Positions 9,124 through 17,914 of a stretch of 32,000 bases of DNA are shown here, one piece after another. The notes under the pieces are model-generated. The model ran no database searches, was not told the origin of the DNA, and saw only the letters and a list, made by a program, of their open reading frames with translations. The translations under genes were made by a program, and so were the position numbers. The stretch covers positions 293,856 to 325,855 of the forward strand of contig CBDBBY010000001.1 of the NCBI GenBank assembly GCA_965203215.1. The letters run 5' to 3'. This DNA is from Paracoccaceae bacterium. GTDB lineage: Bacteria > Pseudomonadota > Alphaproteobacteria > Rhodobacterales > Rhodobacteraceae. How positions within the stretch are numbered: position 1 is the first letter of the stretch; every line of letters starts with the position of its first letter.

Positions 9124-9591
9124 TAGCGATTTAGCTTCTTCGACATTAAATTTTGCTTGTTCAGTGGCAGCTTTTGTAATCTCTACACTCTTACGTGCTT
9201 CAATTTCGATTTCACGAAACCGCTTAAAACCAAAAATACTTGCGATTGGAGCGACAACCGCAATCAGGGTCAGGACGATTGCCATCACTGCAAGCCACCA
9301 GTCAACAGCTTTCATTCGGTGATCAAGAAGTTCACGTCGCAATTCGTTGAAGTCGCTGCGAATTTCGATTTCAACTGTCGTATCCAAGACGGTATCGCTT
9401 GGTTTCGGTATCGGCTTTTCTTGCGTGGAAACGGCGGACGGAGCGGCTTGAGGAGTGCCCGCTGGAACGGTCTGTTCTACCGGAATTGGCGAGGCCGACA
9501 CCACAACATCAAGCGGGAAGCCCGAAGCAACGAATGCGGCGAATCCCAGATAAAAAATTCTGCGGCCAATAGACTTAAGAATTTGTTGCAT
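9124..9591 (-). pseudogene. N-terminal 156 codons of the IS-interrupted TPR protein (N-terminal anchor/signal, second TM helix, coiled-coil)
   Basis: ORF track 9058..9591. After codon 156 (cta, 9126-9124) it reads into the IS (GPVYAKSCVISKAAARFRKPR*). There is a hydrophobic N-terminus (RRIFYLGFAAFVASGF) and a second hydrophobic helix (WWLAVMAIVLTLIAVVAPIASIFGF). A purine-rich GGGGAGG sits directly upstream of the ATG at 9591. Confidence 0.8.
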
Positions 9592-9601
9592 GCCTCCCCT
9601 G

Positions 9602-9830
9602 TGAATCGCCCCGGGTTTTCCAGAGAGTGTTTGTTCAACACCTGCGCTGCTTTTTCAAGTTCGATCTGTTGTTGGTAGGACGCATCTTTCTTTTCGTTCG
9701 GGGTTTGGCAGTTGACCGCCCCGTGCAGCCGGCCATTGTTGTACCCGTGGATCCATTTCATGGATTCCTCCATCGAGCTTCCGGCTCGTATGTTTAGCCG
9801 ATTGCTCTCTGGAACCCCCGGGGCGATTCA
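9602..9830 (-). mobile_element. 229-bp MITE-like internal-deletion derivative of an IS with rve-type (IS3/IS481-like) transposase
   Basis: It has 26-bp terminal inverted repeats: TGAATCGCCCCGGGTTTTCCAGAGAG (9602-9627) and CTCTCTGGAACCCCCGGGGCGATTCA (9805-9830), matching at 24/26 with TG...CA termini. Only the last ~45 codons of an integrase-core transposase remain inside (SMKWIHGYNNGRLHGAVNCQTPNEK, minus strand). No target duplication is evident. Confidence 0.7.
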
Positions 9831-10024
9831 GAAAATGATGCCTGCGCTTCGAGATCTCGAGATCCTATCGTGACCTTTCGGAAACTCGGAATCCGACCAA
9901 ATCAACAGAATCGGCAAGCTGAAACCCGTTCTGGCGTCAATCAAAATCCAGTACCGGCGCAACCGAAGGAATAAGCGCTTTGGCTCGGATGCGCCGATTG
10001 ATTATCTGCGAGCGATGATTTCGG

Positions 10025-10789
10025 CTAAATGTGGCCGCCTGCAATCGGAATGGCCAATCCGTTCAAGCTTCCCGATTCCGGGCTGCAGAGCCAAAGCGCC
10101 GCAACCGCGACTTCGTCGGGTGTAACGAGGCGCTTGTGAGGATTGACCCGGGTCATGTTGCCGAGGATTTCTTCCTGCGACCGTTGGGTTTGCTTGGCGA
10201 TGTCAGATACGTTCCTCGCGACGAGAGGCGTATCGACATAACCGGGGCACAGCGCATTTACGGTTATTTCGGAACCGGCGACCTCCTCCGACAGCGCCCG
10301 AACCAGCCCGACCAAAGCGTGCTTGGACGCGGTGTATGCAGAAGCGTTTTTCAACCCGCGAATTCCGGCGATGGACGATACAGCAATTATTCGTCCCCAG
10401 TCCGTCGACCGCATTGAAGCCAAAGACTCTCGGATGGACAAGAAAGCGCCGTCCAGATTGGTCGCCATTATTTTCCGCCAGAAATCGAAATCCATTTTGG
10501 CGAACGGCATTCCTTCGGCAATACCGGCGTTGGCCACATGGATGCGGATCGGTCCGCCTGCCGACACGGCGGCCTCGGTCCCGCGCCTGACGCTTTCCGG
10601 GTCTGTCACGTCCATCGCGACTGGACGCATTCCACAAGAACTCGCGGTCGAGCTGAGCGTATCGAAGTTTCGGCCGCAAATCGTCACGTCAGCCCCAGCC
10701 GCGGCGAATTTTCTCGCGATCGCCGCGCCTATTCCGGTACCGCCGCCAGTTACCAAGACATGAATTCCCTTTAAATTATTGCAACTCAT
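10025..10789 (-). CDS. Short-chain dehydrogenase/reductase (SDR) family oxidoreductase
   Basis: 254-aa ORF with the cofactor motif VTGGGTGIGAAIA and the catalytic YTASKHAL (Y..xK). Confidence 0.9.
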   Translation of the reverse strand: MSCNNLKGIHVLVTGGGTGIGAAIARKFAAAGADVTICGRNFDTLSSTASSCGMRPVAMDVTDPESVRRGTEAAVSAGGPIRIHVANAGIAEGMPFAKMDFDFWRKIMATNLDGAFLSIRESLASMRSTDWGRIIAVSSIAGIRGLKNASAYTASKHALVGLVRALSEEVAGSEITVNALCPGYVDTPLVARNVSDIAKQTQRSQEEILGNMTRVNPHKRLVTPDEVAVAALWLCSPESGSLNGLAIPIAGGHI

Positions 10790-11060
10790 CCGTTTGACTC
10801 TTTTTTGCTGCGCTGCTTGCCCAAGATAGATCGGACGTGCCAGTTGCGCTATTCCAAAGGCACATTGAGGGCAAAGCCTCGCAAAAACGGCGTGTCGGCA
10901 TGCACATAAGGGATGCCCATTTGGAGAAGGATTCTTTAGCTTGTTTGAATCTTCGCTGCTGACACCATTTGTGCATATGCCGCTTGCAAGATCAAATTTG
11001 CCGCAATAAGCAGGGCATCCCGCTTAGCGAGAGGCGGGTTCGTACCGGATGCTTGCGAAA

Positions 11061-12626
11061 ATGAAGATCGGCGCGCCAAAAGAGATTGCCCATGGTGAAG
11101 CCCGCGTTGCGATGACGCCGGACTCCGTGAAGAGAATTTCCAAGCTGGGCTTGGATTGCGTTGTCGAATCCGGCGCCGGCGTTCTATCCGGCTTTTCCGA
11201 CAATTCTTACATTGAGGCGGGGGCGGAAATCGCTGACTCGCGAGAAGCGCTTTGGAACGCGGCCGATATTGTCGCGAAAGTGAACCCGCCAGATGCGGAC
11301 GAAGTTGAAGTGCTTCGGGAAGGGCAGACTTTGATTTCGTTCTTTTGGCCTGCCCAGAACTCCGAACTGCTTGCCCGCGCCAACGAAAAACGCGCCACCG
11401 TGATCGCGATGGACATGGTGCCGCGGATTTCGCGCGCCCAGAAAATGGACGCATTGTCCTCGATGTCGAACATTGCGGGCTACCGGGCGGTCATAGAGGC
11501 AGGAAACGCGTTCGACCGTTTCTTCACCGGCCAGATCACCGCAGCGGGCAAAATTCCGCCGGCCAATGTTCTTGTCATCGGCGCAGGTGTCGCCGGCCTG
11601 TCGGCCATAGGATCCGCGACCTCGCTCGGCGCGGTCGTTCGAGCGTTCGACGTCAGGCCAGAGGTCGCCGAGCAGATCCAGTCGATGGGCGCAGAGTTTC
11701 TGTTCCTCGACTTTGAGGAAGATGCAAGCGGGGAGGGAGGCTACGCCAAGCCGTCGTCTCCGGAGTTCCGGACGAAACAACTCGAGCTTTTCCGCGCGGA
11801 GGCGCCGAGAACCGATATCGTCATCACGACGGCTTTGATCCCTGGACGGGACGCGCCGAAACTCTGGCTCAAGGATATGGTCGAGGCCATGAAGCCGGGC
11901 TCGGTCATCGTGGATTTGGCAGCCGAGCGCGGCGGAAACTGCGATCTGACCGTTCCCGGCGAAAAAATCACGACCGAAAATGGCGTTACGATCGTCGGCT
12001 ATACCGACCTGCCGAGCCGGATGGCTGCGCAGTCCTCGATGCTGTACGCCACGAATATCGCGCATTTGCTTTCCGATCTTACCCCCGGCAAAGACGGAGC
12101 AATCGTCCAGAACATGGAAGACGACGTCATTCGCGGCGCAACGGCCGCGCATGCCGGCACCGTGACCTTCCCTCCGCCACCGCCGAAGACTCCTGCGATC
12201 GCGCAAAAAACAACCGCAAAAGAACACAAAGAACTGACGCCTGAAGAAAAGCGCGAACAAGAGCTTGCTGCGTTCGCGAAGGCGACAAGGAACCAGATCG
12301 CAATGATTGCCGTCGGGGCGGCTTTCACTCTGTTTCTGGGCTATTTCGCGCCTGCGAGCTTCATGCAGCATTTCATCGTGTTCGTGCTCAGTTGCTTCGT
12401 TGGATTCCAAGTGATCTGGAAGGTGACGCATGCTCTGCATACGCCGCTGATGTCCGTCACCAACGCGATTTCAGGGATCATCATCCTGGGCGCTCTCCTG
12501 CAGATCGGATCCGGCGAGAACTTGGTGTTGTGGCTGGCGGCGATTTCAATCTTCATCGCCTCCATCAACATCGTCGGCGGCTTCCTCGTGACGCGCCGGA
12601 TGCTGGCGATGTTCAGAAAGAGTTGA
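11061..12626 (+). CDS. pntA: NAD(P) transhydrogenase subunit alpha (fused dI + membrane dII-alpha part)
   Basis: ORF 11049..12626; the likely start is [20 protein letters not shown] at 11061, parallel to E. coli PntA MRIGIPRE. It has the Rossmann motif [15 protein letters not shown] and C-terminal TM helices. pntB follows after 1 nt. Confidence 0.9.
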   Translation: MKIGAPKEIAHGEARVAMTPDSVKRISKLGLDCVVESGAGVLSGFSDNSYIEAGAEIADSREALWNAADIVAKVNPPDADEVEVLREGQTLISFFWPAQNSELLARANEKRATVIAMDMVPRISRAQKMDALSSMSNIAGYRAVIEAGNAFDRFFTGQITAAGKIPPANVLVIGAGVAGLSAIGSATSLGAVVRAFDVRPEVAEQIQSMGAEFLFLDFEEDASGEGGYAKPSSPEFRTKQLELFRAEAPRTDIVITTALIPGRDAPKLWLKDMVEAMKPGSVIVDLAAERGGNCDLTVPGEKITTENGVTIVGYTDLPSRMAAQSSMLYATNIAHLLSDLTPGKDGAIVQNMEDDVIRGATAAHAGTVTFPPPPPKTPAIAQKTTAKEHKELTPEEKREQELAAFAKATRNQIAMIAVGAAFTLFLGYFAPASFMQHFIVFVLSCFVGFQVIWKVTHALHTPLMSVTNAISGIIILGALLQIGSGENLVLWLAAISIFIASINIVGGFLVTRRMLAMFRKS

Positions 12627-12627
12627 C

Positions 12628-14061
12628 ATGAGCGGCGAACTGCCGGGCGGCGTCCTCACAGCGGCATACATCGCCGCATCCGTCTTGTTCATTCTGGCGC
12701 TTGGCGGGCTTTCGAACCAAGAGAGCGCGAAACGCGCCATATGGTACGGAATTGTCGGCATGGCCCTTGCGGTCGGGTCGACGGTCTTCGCGCCGGGCAT
12801 CGGCAATTTCAGCATTCTGGCGGCCATGGTGCTGGCTGGTGCGGTCATAGGCACGATCGTCGCGATGCGCGTGGAAATGACCGGAATGCCGCAACTTGTC
12901 GCGGCGCTGCACTCGTTCGTCGGCTTGGCGGCGGTGTTCATCGGCATCAATGCGGAATTGGAGCTTGCGTCGATCTCGGATCCCGATTCTTCGCTGGCGG
13001 GTTTCGCGAAGCAGCTTGTTGAAAAGGACGCGCTTGAGATCGGCATCCTCAAGGTGGAAGTGTTCCTAGGGATTTTCGTTGGCGCAATCACATTCACCGG
13101 TTCAGTGATCGCTTTCGGAAAACTGGCCGGTCGGATCGACGGGAAGCCGCGCAAGCTTCCGGGCGGCCATTTCTGGAATGCCGCTGCGACGATTGCCTGC
13201 GTGATTCTCGGCGTCATGTACGTGCAAGGCGCCGACGTCTGGACCATCATCGCTGTCGCGGTGCTTGCTGGGTTGATCGGCTGGCATTTGATTTCCGGCA
13301 TCGGCGGCGCCGACATGCCTGTCGTCGTATCGATGCTGAACTCGTATTCCGGCTGGGCTGCCGCTGCGGTCGGCTTCACGCTCGGAAACGATTTGCTGAT
13401 CGTCACAGGAGCGTTGGTCGGATCGTCGGGCGCCATACTGTCCTACATCATGTGCAGGGCGATGAACCGCCACTTCATAAGCGTGATTCTCGGAGGGTTC
13501 GGCGGGTCCGGGGAGCCGGCATCCGAAATTTCCGGGGAGCAGACGGCCATTGACGCGGACGGGGTTTCGTCCGCTCTCGACGACGCCGACAGCATCATTA
13601 TCGTGCCAGGTTACGGATTGGCCGTCGCGCAGGCTCAGGGCGCTGTCAGCGAGTTGACCGAACGGCTTCGAGCGAATGGCAAGACCGTCAGATTCGGCAT
13701 TCATCCGGTTGCAGGACGGCTTCCGGGCCATATGAATGTCTTGCTGGCGGAAGCGAAGGTGCCGTACGACATCGTGCTGGAAATGGACGAGATCAATGAA
13801 GATTTTCCGGACACCGACGTGGCTGTCGTCATAGGGTCAAACGACATCGTGAATCCATCGGCTCAAGAAGATCCGAATTCGCCGATCGCTGGGATGCCCG
13901 TGCTCGAGGTCTGGAAAGCGAAGCAGGTTTTCATCTTCAAGCGAGGGCAGGGCACTGGTTACTCCGGCATTGAAAATCCGCTGTTCTACAAAGACAACGC
14001 GAGAATGTTCTTCGGCGATGCCAAAGCGTCCTTGAACAAGCTGTTGGCTCTGCTCAACTGA
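12628..14061 (+). CDS. pntB: NAD(P) transhydrogenase subunit beta
   Basis: 477-aa ORF with a polytopic membrane N-terminal part and a C-terminal NADP(H) domain ([14 protein letters not shown]...[18 protein letters not shown]...IGSNDIVNP). Confidence 0.92.
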   Translation: MSGELPGGVLTAAYIAASVLFILALGGLSNQESAKRAIWYGIVGMALAVGSTVFAPGIGNFSILAAMVLAGAVIGTIVAMRVEMTGMPQLVAALHSFVGLAAVFIGINAELELASISDPDSSLAGFAKQLVEKDALEIGILKVEVFLGIFVGAITFTGSVIAFGKLAGRIDGKPRKLPGGHFWNAAATIACVILGVMYVQGADVWTIIAVAVLAGLIGWHLISGIGGADMPVVVSMLNSYSGWAAAAVGFTLGNDLLIVTGALVGSSGAILSYIMCRAMNRHFISVILGGFGGSGEPASEISGEQTAIDADGVSSALDDADSIIIVPGYGLAVAQAQGAVSELTERLRANGKTVRFGIHPVAGRLPGHMNVLLAEAKVPYDIVLEMDEINEDFPDTDVAVVIGSNDIVNPSAQEDPNSPIAGMPVLEVWKAKQVFIFKRGQGTGYSGIENPLFYKDNARMFFGDAKASLNKLLALLN

Positions 14062-14480
14062 TCGCTTTCACCAACTGCATATCTCGCGATTAGATGCTTG
14101 ATGAGTGCCGAAACTCGAACGAAACACTTTATCACGTCGCAAACCGGGTGCACCTTGGCCGCGTCCATCGGTTCTTTCTGGATCCGAAGCACCGATAAAG
14201 GAATTCATGTCCCCGGCCTCGCCTGAGAGCTGCGGGCCGTGAAACCGCTCTTTGGTCTACGGTGCCAAAAGAGTTCCAAAGAGCGTCTCGGGTCGCCTCC
14301 TCAACTTCGTCTGCAAAATGATCGAAACCGTACACATTTTTTTTCGACCAAGAAAGACGGTCGAAAGGTACCTCTGAACTCCGGGAATCGCTTGACGTTA
14401 GGCTGCATGTCCTTCCGTTCAGCCTTTTGCTCTCCGGAATCCTCGGGCAGCTAGCGCCTCAGCGTGACGCAGTAGTATGA

Positions 14481-17400
14481 CTACAAGGTGAATGTCGAAG
14501 TTCGCTCCTGTCGTCGAGGATCTCCGGAATAGGTGGCTTTGAATACCGTCGCTGACAACCAATCCTTGAAAGACGGGTTGTCACTAAACTGCTTGAACAG
14601 TTCGGTGTGATCCGAGAGAAGCTCAATGACTGCACGCTCGAGTGCTCTGTCGTGCTCGACCCGCGCGTTGTCGCTGTCCGAATTGCGGATGGCGTTCTTG
14701 TAGGCCCGATCAGCCGAAACCTTATAGGGAAGTTCTTCCGCGATCACTTTGCCGATCTTGTCGGAGTCCTTCCAGTCAATATCACCAAACATCGAGTTGA
14801 ACTCTGCAAGTATGCTGCTCAGCGGGTCGGTATCTGGCTCCAGCGCCGTGACTTTGCTGCCAACCGGCACTGGACCAATCTCCGCATCAGAGTCATTGAG
14901 CGCAATCGACATTGAAGCTTGGGCTTCGACCCGATAACTATCCATGTCGATAGTCTCCAGAATACCCTTGCTAAGGTCTTCCTCTCGCGGAGCGGGTAGT
15001 TTGGGAGTCAGGAAACCCAAAAAGATCGATAGTTTCTCCCACTCGGGATTGCCGTAGGGGAGTAACGCAGCCAAGAAGCTGTACATGCGCATGAATGCCT
15101 TAGCCTTGCCCTTGAAGTCTACCTGTCCGTCTTCGTCAAGTTCCAAAAGATAGATTGCGACGCAATTGTCGAGGATCGGATCGAGTTCGTCCCGTGCTCG
15201 TCCGCCAAGATAGTGCGATGTGAGTGCTTCGATTTTTTCAGGAGAATAGACAGGGTAACCGTCAAGAGTCGCTTTCAGGTCGTGAAGTTTGTCCGGGTCA
15301 GTCTCCTCGCCGAGGATGGTCGTGCGGTAATAGTCATCAAACGCTTCAGTGATCATTTGCGCGTCGTTCGCAAAGTCGAGAACAAAAGTGTCGTACTTGT
15401 ATGGGTGGGCCCGGTTGAGTCGAGAAAGCGTCTGCACCGCCTTGATGCCGGATAGGACTTTATCGACGTACATTGTGTGCAAAAGCGGCTCGTCGTAGCC
15501 GGTCTGAAACTTGTCGGCGACAATCAGGAAGCGGTAAGGGTCCTCACGGATCTTCTTTTTAATATCGCTGCTCGGAAATCCATTGAGAGAAGCTTCGCTC
15601 ACGATCCTGCCGCCATATTCGTGCTCGCCCGAAAATGCGACTATCGGCTTCCATGGACTCCGGCGTTCCTTCAAGTAGTCCCCAAAAGCGCAAAAGTAAT
15701 CGATTGCCCGCCGAATGCCGCTGGTGGCTACCATAGCCCGCGCCTGCCCCTTGATCTTATATCTTGTCATTACCCGGTCGTGGAAATGGTCGATCATGAT
15801 TTCGGCCTTTTGGCGGATGGCATGTTCATGGGACTCGACGTAGCCCCGCAACTTCCGGAGCGCCTTATCTGTGTCGAATACGGGGTCGCCCTCAACTGTC
15901 TTGGTAAGCCGGTAGTAGCTCTTGATCGGAGTGTAGTTCTTCACAACGTCAAGTATAAAGCCTTCCTCGATAGCCTGTTTCATCGTATAGGCGTGAAAGG
16001 GCACATGGCGGATTTTGTCGCCCTCCGCCATTCTATTTCCAAATATTTCCAGCGTCTTGTTTTTGGGTGTGGCAGTGAACGCAAAATAGCTTGCGTTGGG
16101 CAGAATCCGACGTGCCTCAATCAGCCGATTGATCGTGTCTTCGATGCTGTCCTCATCTTCTGGAGTGGCGTCCGCCAACGCCATGTGCATTGTCGCCGTA
16201 GCTCGACCGCCTTGGCTCGAATGTGCCTCGTCTATGACAATAGCGAATCGACGCCCCCGATGCTCGTCTCCAATCTTGTCCAGAATGAATGGAAATTTTT
16301 GCACCGTCGTAATGATGATTTTCTTGCCACCCGAAAGAAACTCACGGAGCCTCTCGGATTGCTCAGCATGCCCCACTATGGACGACACCTGCGTGAACTG
16401 CTTGATGGTATCTTTGATCTGCTGATCAAGAACCCGTCGATCAGTTACCACAATGACTGAATCGAATATTGGCTTGCGATCAGTTTCCAAACCAATGAGT
16501 CGATGCACAAGCCAAGCAATGGAGTTGCTTTTTCCCGATCCCGCGGAATGTTGGATCAGGTACCGCTTACCCGCGCCGCACGACCCGGCGTCAGCTAAGA
16601 GCTTGCGTACGACCTCGAGTTGGTGGAATCGCGGGAAAATCTGTTTCCGAGATTTCCGGTGGCCTTGACCATTGTCTTCCACCACGATCTGGGCGTAGTT
16701 CTCAAGAATGTCGGTAAGCCCCGTTCTGGCCAGGACTTCCTTCCAGAGGTAATCGGTCTTGATGCCGATGGGGTTTGGTGGGTTACCCGCGCCGCCGTTC
16801 CAACCCTTGTTGAAGGGCAGAAACCAAGAGTCCTTTCCCCGCAAATGGGTGCACATCCGCACCTCGGAGTCATCTACCGCAAAATGAACGACGCAACGGC
16901 CGAACCGGAATAACATTTCTTTCGGATCGCGATCTCGTCGATACTGTGCAACGGCGTCCTCCACCGTCTGATTGGTAAAGCTGTTCTTGATCTCAAAGGT
17001 AGCAATCGGCAACCCGTTGACGAAGAGAGCTAGATCAAGAGCACGTCGAGGTTCTTTAAGCGAATAATGGAGTTGCCGCGTAACGCTGAAAATGTTCTCT
17101 GCAAACATCGCTTCCGACTTGGCATTACCGGGAGTCGGCTCCCCATAGAACAATTCTAATGAAGCTGGGCCGTGCTTCATGCCCTTGCGCAGCACATCTA
17201 TAGTACCACGTTTATCGATTTCATTTTTTAGCCGGCGCAGGAATTTGGAGCGTGAGGGTCCGTCCGTGCCAACTCCAAGTGCTTCGACAGCTTCCTGCTG
17301 CGTTTCGCTCAGGAACGCAAACAGCTTGGCGGTATCAATGGCATTTTCGCGGCTATAATCCTCAGAATAGCCAGCGACATAGCCACCTTCAGTGACAAGA

Positions 17401-17486
17401 GATTTGAAGATGAGCGCTTCAAAGCCACTCTCTCTGGTTTCCGTCGGCTTTGACGGTTTACCGCCGAGTGATGAATAGGCAATCAT
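14481..17486 (-). CDS. hsdR: Type I restriction endonuclease subunit R
   Basis: 1001-aa ORF. It has an N-terminal nuclease region (DLALFVNGLPIATFEIKN), Walker A HSAGSGKSNSIAW, DEAH-type VIDEAHSSQG and a late helicase motif (QTGYDEP). Its start overlaps the PIN stop (ATGA, 17483-17486). Confidence 0.92.
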   Translation of the reverse strand: MIAYSSLGGKPSKPTETRESGFEALIFKSLVTEGGYVAGYSEDYSRENAIDTAKLFAFLSETQQEAVEALGVGTDGPSRSKFLRRLKNEIDKRGTIDVLRKGMKHGPASLELFYGEPTPGNAKSEAMFAENIFSVTRQLHYSLKEPRRALDLALFVNGLPIATFEIKNSFTNQTVEDAVAQYRRDRDPKEMLFRFGRCVVHFAVDDSEVRMCTHLRGKDSWFLPFNKGWNGGAGNPPNPIGIKTDYLWKEVLARTGLTDILENYAQIVVEDNGQGHRKSRKQIFPRFHQLEVVRKLLADAGSCGAGKRYLIQHSAGSGKSNSIAWLVHRLIGLETDRKPIFDSVIVVTDRRVLDQQIKDTIKQFTQVSSIVGHAEQSERLREFLSGGKKIIITTVQKFPFILDKIGDEHRGRRFAIVIDEAHSSQGGRATATMHMALADATPEDEDSIEDTINRLIEARRILPNASYFAFTATPKNKTLEIFGNRMAEGDKIRHVPFHAYTMKQAIEEGFILDVVKNYTPIKSYYRLTKTVEGDPVFDTDKALRKLRGYVESHEHAIRQKAEIMIDHFHDRVMTRYKIKGQARAMVATSGIRRAIDYFCAFGDYLKERRSPWKPIVAFSGEHEYGGRIVSEASLNGFPSSDIKKKIREDPYRFLIVADKFQTGYDEPLLHTMYVDKVLSGIKAVQTLSRLNRAHPYKYDTFVLDFANDAQMITEAFDDYYRTTILGEETDPDKLHDLKATLDGYPVYSPEKIEALTSHYLGGRARDELDPILDNCVAIYLLELDEDGQVDFKGKAKAFMRMYSFLAALLPYGNPEWEKLSIFLGFLTPKLPAPREEDLSKGILETIDMDSYRVEAQASMSIALNDSDAEIGPVPVGSKVTALEPDTDPLSSILAEFNSMFGDIDWKDSDKIGKVIAEELPYKVSADRAYKNAIRNSDSDNARVEHDRALERAVIELLSDHTELFKQFSDNPSFKDWLSATVFKATYSGDPRRQERTSTFTL

Positions 17487-17914
17487 GGCTCATCTACTGG
17501 GTCGGCGAACGGATTGATCACGAAAATTCCACCATAATCCTGCGTGGCGCTCATGTCTTCGGAATACACCGCATCGCAGCACATAATGCGGGCGGCGGCA
17601 AGTATTGCGCTATCCCAATAAGACAACCTGAACCGTTGCATTATCGAAACTGCAGTATGAAACACTTCGAGCGTAACCGCCTGAACTGGAAAAGTAGATA
17701 GAGTCTTCAGAAATTCTTGGGCATCTTCGTGCGTGAGCCGCTCAGATTCGGGGCGGTGGAAGTGTGTCGCTTGATTGTAAAACTCCTGCAACACCTGCAC
17801 GGACAGCCCAAGGCCGGGCTTGCCCAAAAGCAACCTCGCGCGGCGGCGCTTTTGAGCATCTTTCGGCGAAGCGCTGACCGCATAGAGCAAGATATTGGTA
17901 TCAACTAGACGCAT
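17483..17914 (-). CDS. PIN-domain (VapC-like) ribonuclease, no cognate antitoxin ORF
   Basis: 143-aa ORF with the four acidic PIN signature positions in the usual order: MRLVDTNILLY, VLQEF, YWDSAILAAA, VYSEDM. It overlaps the hsdS stop by 14 nt and the hsdR start by 4 nt. Confidence 0.85.
   Translation of the reverse strand: MRLVDTNILLYAVSASPKDAQKRRRARLLLGKPGLGLSVQVLQEFYNQATHFHRPESERLTHEDAQEFLKTLSTFPVQAVTLEVFHTAVSIMQRFRLSYWDSAILAAARIMCCDAVYSEDMSATQDYGGIFVINPFADPVDEP

Noticed and set aside
10910-11021. 9-bp inverted repeat GGGATGCCC (10910-10918) / GGGCATCCC (11013-11021) in the SDR-pntA divergent intergenic region
   Set aside because: The repeat is short, the arms are ~95 nt apart, and there is no supporting context. 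It could be a regulator site but is within chance expectation.
11184-13436. Long antisense ORFs (11184..12440, 418 aa; 12546..13436, 296 aa). Similar ones occur at 15477..16460, 27550..28401, 29451..30224 and 25381..25938.
   Set aside because: They lie opposite well-supported genes (pntA, pntB, hsdR, IS1182 transposase, amidohydrolases, kinase). Their translations are Arg/Pro/Gly-rich and low in complexity, as expected for shadow frames in GC-rich DNA. No motif was recognised.
14056-14100. Possible att-like direct repeat flanking the Type I R-M block: TGATCGCTT plus loose similarity over ~50 nt, shared with 21716-21756
   Set aside because: The exact match is only 9 nt, which is expected by chance between two regions of a few hundred bp. 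The extended similarity (~65-70% with gaps) is too weak to call without statistics. No integrase or tRNA gene is present.
14344-14364. Hairpin TCGACC-n9-GGTCGA adjacent to a T8 run, a possible terminator between pntB and hsdR
   Set aside because: The T-run precedes the stem on the plus strand, and an A-run follows it on the minus strand. Neither orientation gives a stem followed by a U-tract, so it is not a canonical intrinsic terminator.
14062-14480. Short minus-strand ORFs (13986..14192, 14132..14335) in the 420-bp gap downstream of hsdR
   Set aside because: They overlap in different frames, have no recognisable motifs and lack start contexts. They may be decayed gene debris at the island edge, but nothing here can be supported.
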